A stretch of DNA of 37,363 nucleotides from Polyangiales bacterium (GTDB lineage Bacteria > Myxococcota_A > Polyangia > Polyangiales > Ga0077539): positions 1-37,363 of the forward strand of contig JBILLI010000003.1 in the NCBI GenBank assembly GCA_044376155.1, written 5' to 3'. Below are positions 36,354 to 37,363 of this stretch, piece by piece. Both the position numbers and the translations under genes were made by a program. The stretch's first letter is position 1, and each line of letters opens with the position of its first letter. The notes under the pieces are model-generated. The model was given only the letters and a program-made list of their open reading frames with translations, had not been told where the DNA came from and did not search any database.

Positions 36354-36701
36354 CCGCGTCGCAAGCACGCTCCGTTCGGCACATCTCGAACATGCGCTTG
36401 AACTCGTGGTGGATGCGCGGCTCGTGGCCCCCTTCCCCGGCCCTTCCCCCGCTTCGGGGGAAGGGTGGAGAGCCACGATCTCAGGATTGGTCCAATCGTC
36501 TCGAAGCGTCTGGGGTGCAACGGATTTCGCCTCACACCGCCCGTCCTCCACTCGCGTGGACCATTGCTCCGCCAGGGGTTCTCCACCCTTCCCCCGCGGC
36601 GGGGGAAGGGCCGGGGAAGGGGGCCACGCGTCGCGCATTCACCACGCGAACAAGCGCGTTTCGGAGATGCGCGCCGAACGGAGCGCAAGCGGAGGACGCG
36701 G
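36354..36701. repeat. Long nested palindromic element, copy 2
   Basis: 49-bp arms 36423-36471 / 36580-36628 (47/49 complementary). Outer complementarity 36368-36380 / 36673-36685 and 36354-36360 / 36695-36701. Spacer is homologous to copy 1. Confidence 0.9.
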
Positions 36702-36704
36702 TGT

Positions 36705-37361
36705 TTACGGCGCGATCACATAGCGCGCGCCGAAGGTGAGGCCGAAGGGGGAGCGCGCGATCACGGCGGCGTCGCCGAGGACGTTGCCGTGGGCCTGCGC
36801 GTAGAGCGAGACCGCGCCGAGGTTGATCCCGACGCCCAGCCACGCGCTGCCGAGGAAGGTGCTGTCGCTCGACGGCTGAAAGCTCCCCTCGGGCACGCAG
36901 CTCCCGAGGGTGGTGACGCACTGGTAGGTCCGCTCCTCGCTCGCGCCCACCCGCGGCACGTTCTGCCCGAGGATCCCGCCCAGCACCCACACGCGCTCGC
37001 CGAGCCGCCCGCCCGCGAAGAGCCCGACCCGCGCGGAGAGCATCGGTCGCACGCCCTCGGCGCCGCCGCTCCATCCCGCGGTGGTCGACCCCGGTGTAGC
37101 GCCCGCGTAGGCGGCGGTTTCGCACGCGACCACCGAGCCCCACATCGCGAGGGCCGACGCGGTCTCGCACTGCGAGGTCGGCGTGCTCCGGTCGACCACG
37201 CGCACGTCGGTGCGGAACGAGACCAGCGAGAGCATCAGCTCCGCGTTGAGCCCGATGGTCCACGTGGGGCGCTCGACGAAGTGAATGCGCGTGACGAAGC
37301 CCAGGCGCCCCGACGCCGGGTTCGACGGCGCGGTGAGCCCTGCCGTGGTGGGTGTGCCCCC
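36705..37361 (-). CDS. Probable outer-membrane beta-barrel protein, 5'-truncated by the window edge
   Basis: Frame stays open from 37235 to the window end. Amphipathic strands (WLGVGINLGAVSLYAQAH, FGLTFGARYVI). Confidence 0.65.
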   Translation of the reverse strand, partial: GGTPTTAGLTAPSNPASGRLGFVTRIHFVERPTWTIGLNAELMLSLVSFRTDVRVVDRSTPTSQCETASALAMWGSVVACETAAYAGATPGSTTAGWSGGAEGVRPMLSARVGLFAGGRLGERVWVLGGILGQNVPRVGASEERTYQCVTTLGSCVPEGSFQPSSDSTFLGSAWLGVGINLGAVSLYAQAHGNVLGDAAVIARSPFGLTFGARYVIAP

Positions 37362-37363
37362 GG

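Overview
Very GC-rich, gene-dense bacterial DNA. The gene repertoire (Cys-rich lipoproteins, a MopE-motif sulfatase-fold protein, a CxxC...CPFC protein) suggests Myxococcota, but that is an inference. About 32 real CDSs are supported. They include a Suv3-like and an Irc3/RadD-like SF2 helicase, smpB, a ComF-family protein, a REC-GGDEF diguanylate cyclase, two ABC ATPases, a DegT aminotransferase, a GT-C/TPR glycosyltransferase, UDP-glucuronate decarboxylase, an M15 peptidase and several lipoproteins. No rRNA, tRNA, CRISPR array or transposase was recognised. Four things stand out. (1) A Tat/lipobox-bearing 180-aa protein with four Asp-rich TD(S/G)D(S/G)GxxxDP(V/I)GxGRG repeats lies 46 bp upstream of a ROX-type JmjC oxygenase, a candidate peptide-modification (RiPP-like or metal-binding) pair. 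(2) Two copies of a ~350-400 bp nested palindromic element (49-bp arms with a compensatory change and a conserved spacer) sit at ~1.9-2.3 kb and ~36.4-36.7 kb. (3) A third, different 240-bp foldback element at 7081-7320 supplies a stop codon. (4) A lipoprotein of ~22 six-Cys modules, 15 with knottin-type spacing, is tightly linked to a degenerate aldo-keto reductase, an ABC ATPase and a permease-CPBP protease fusion. All family calls come from motif recognition by eye; no searches were run.
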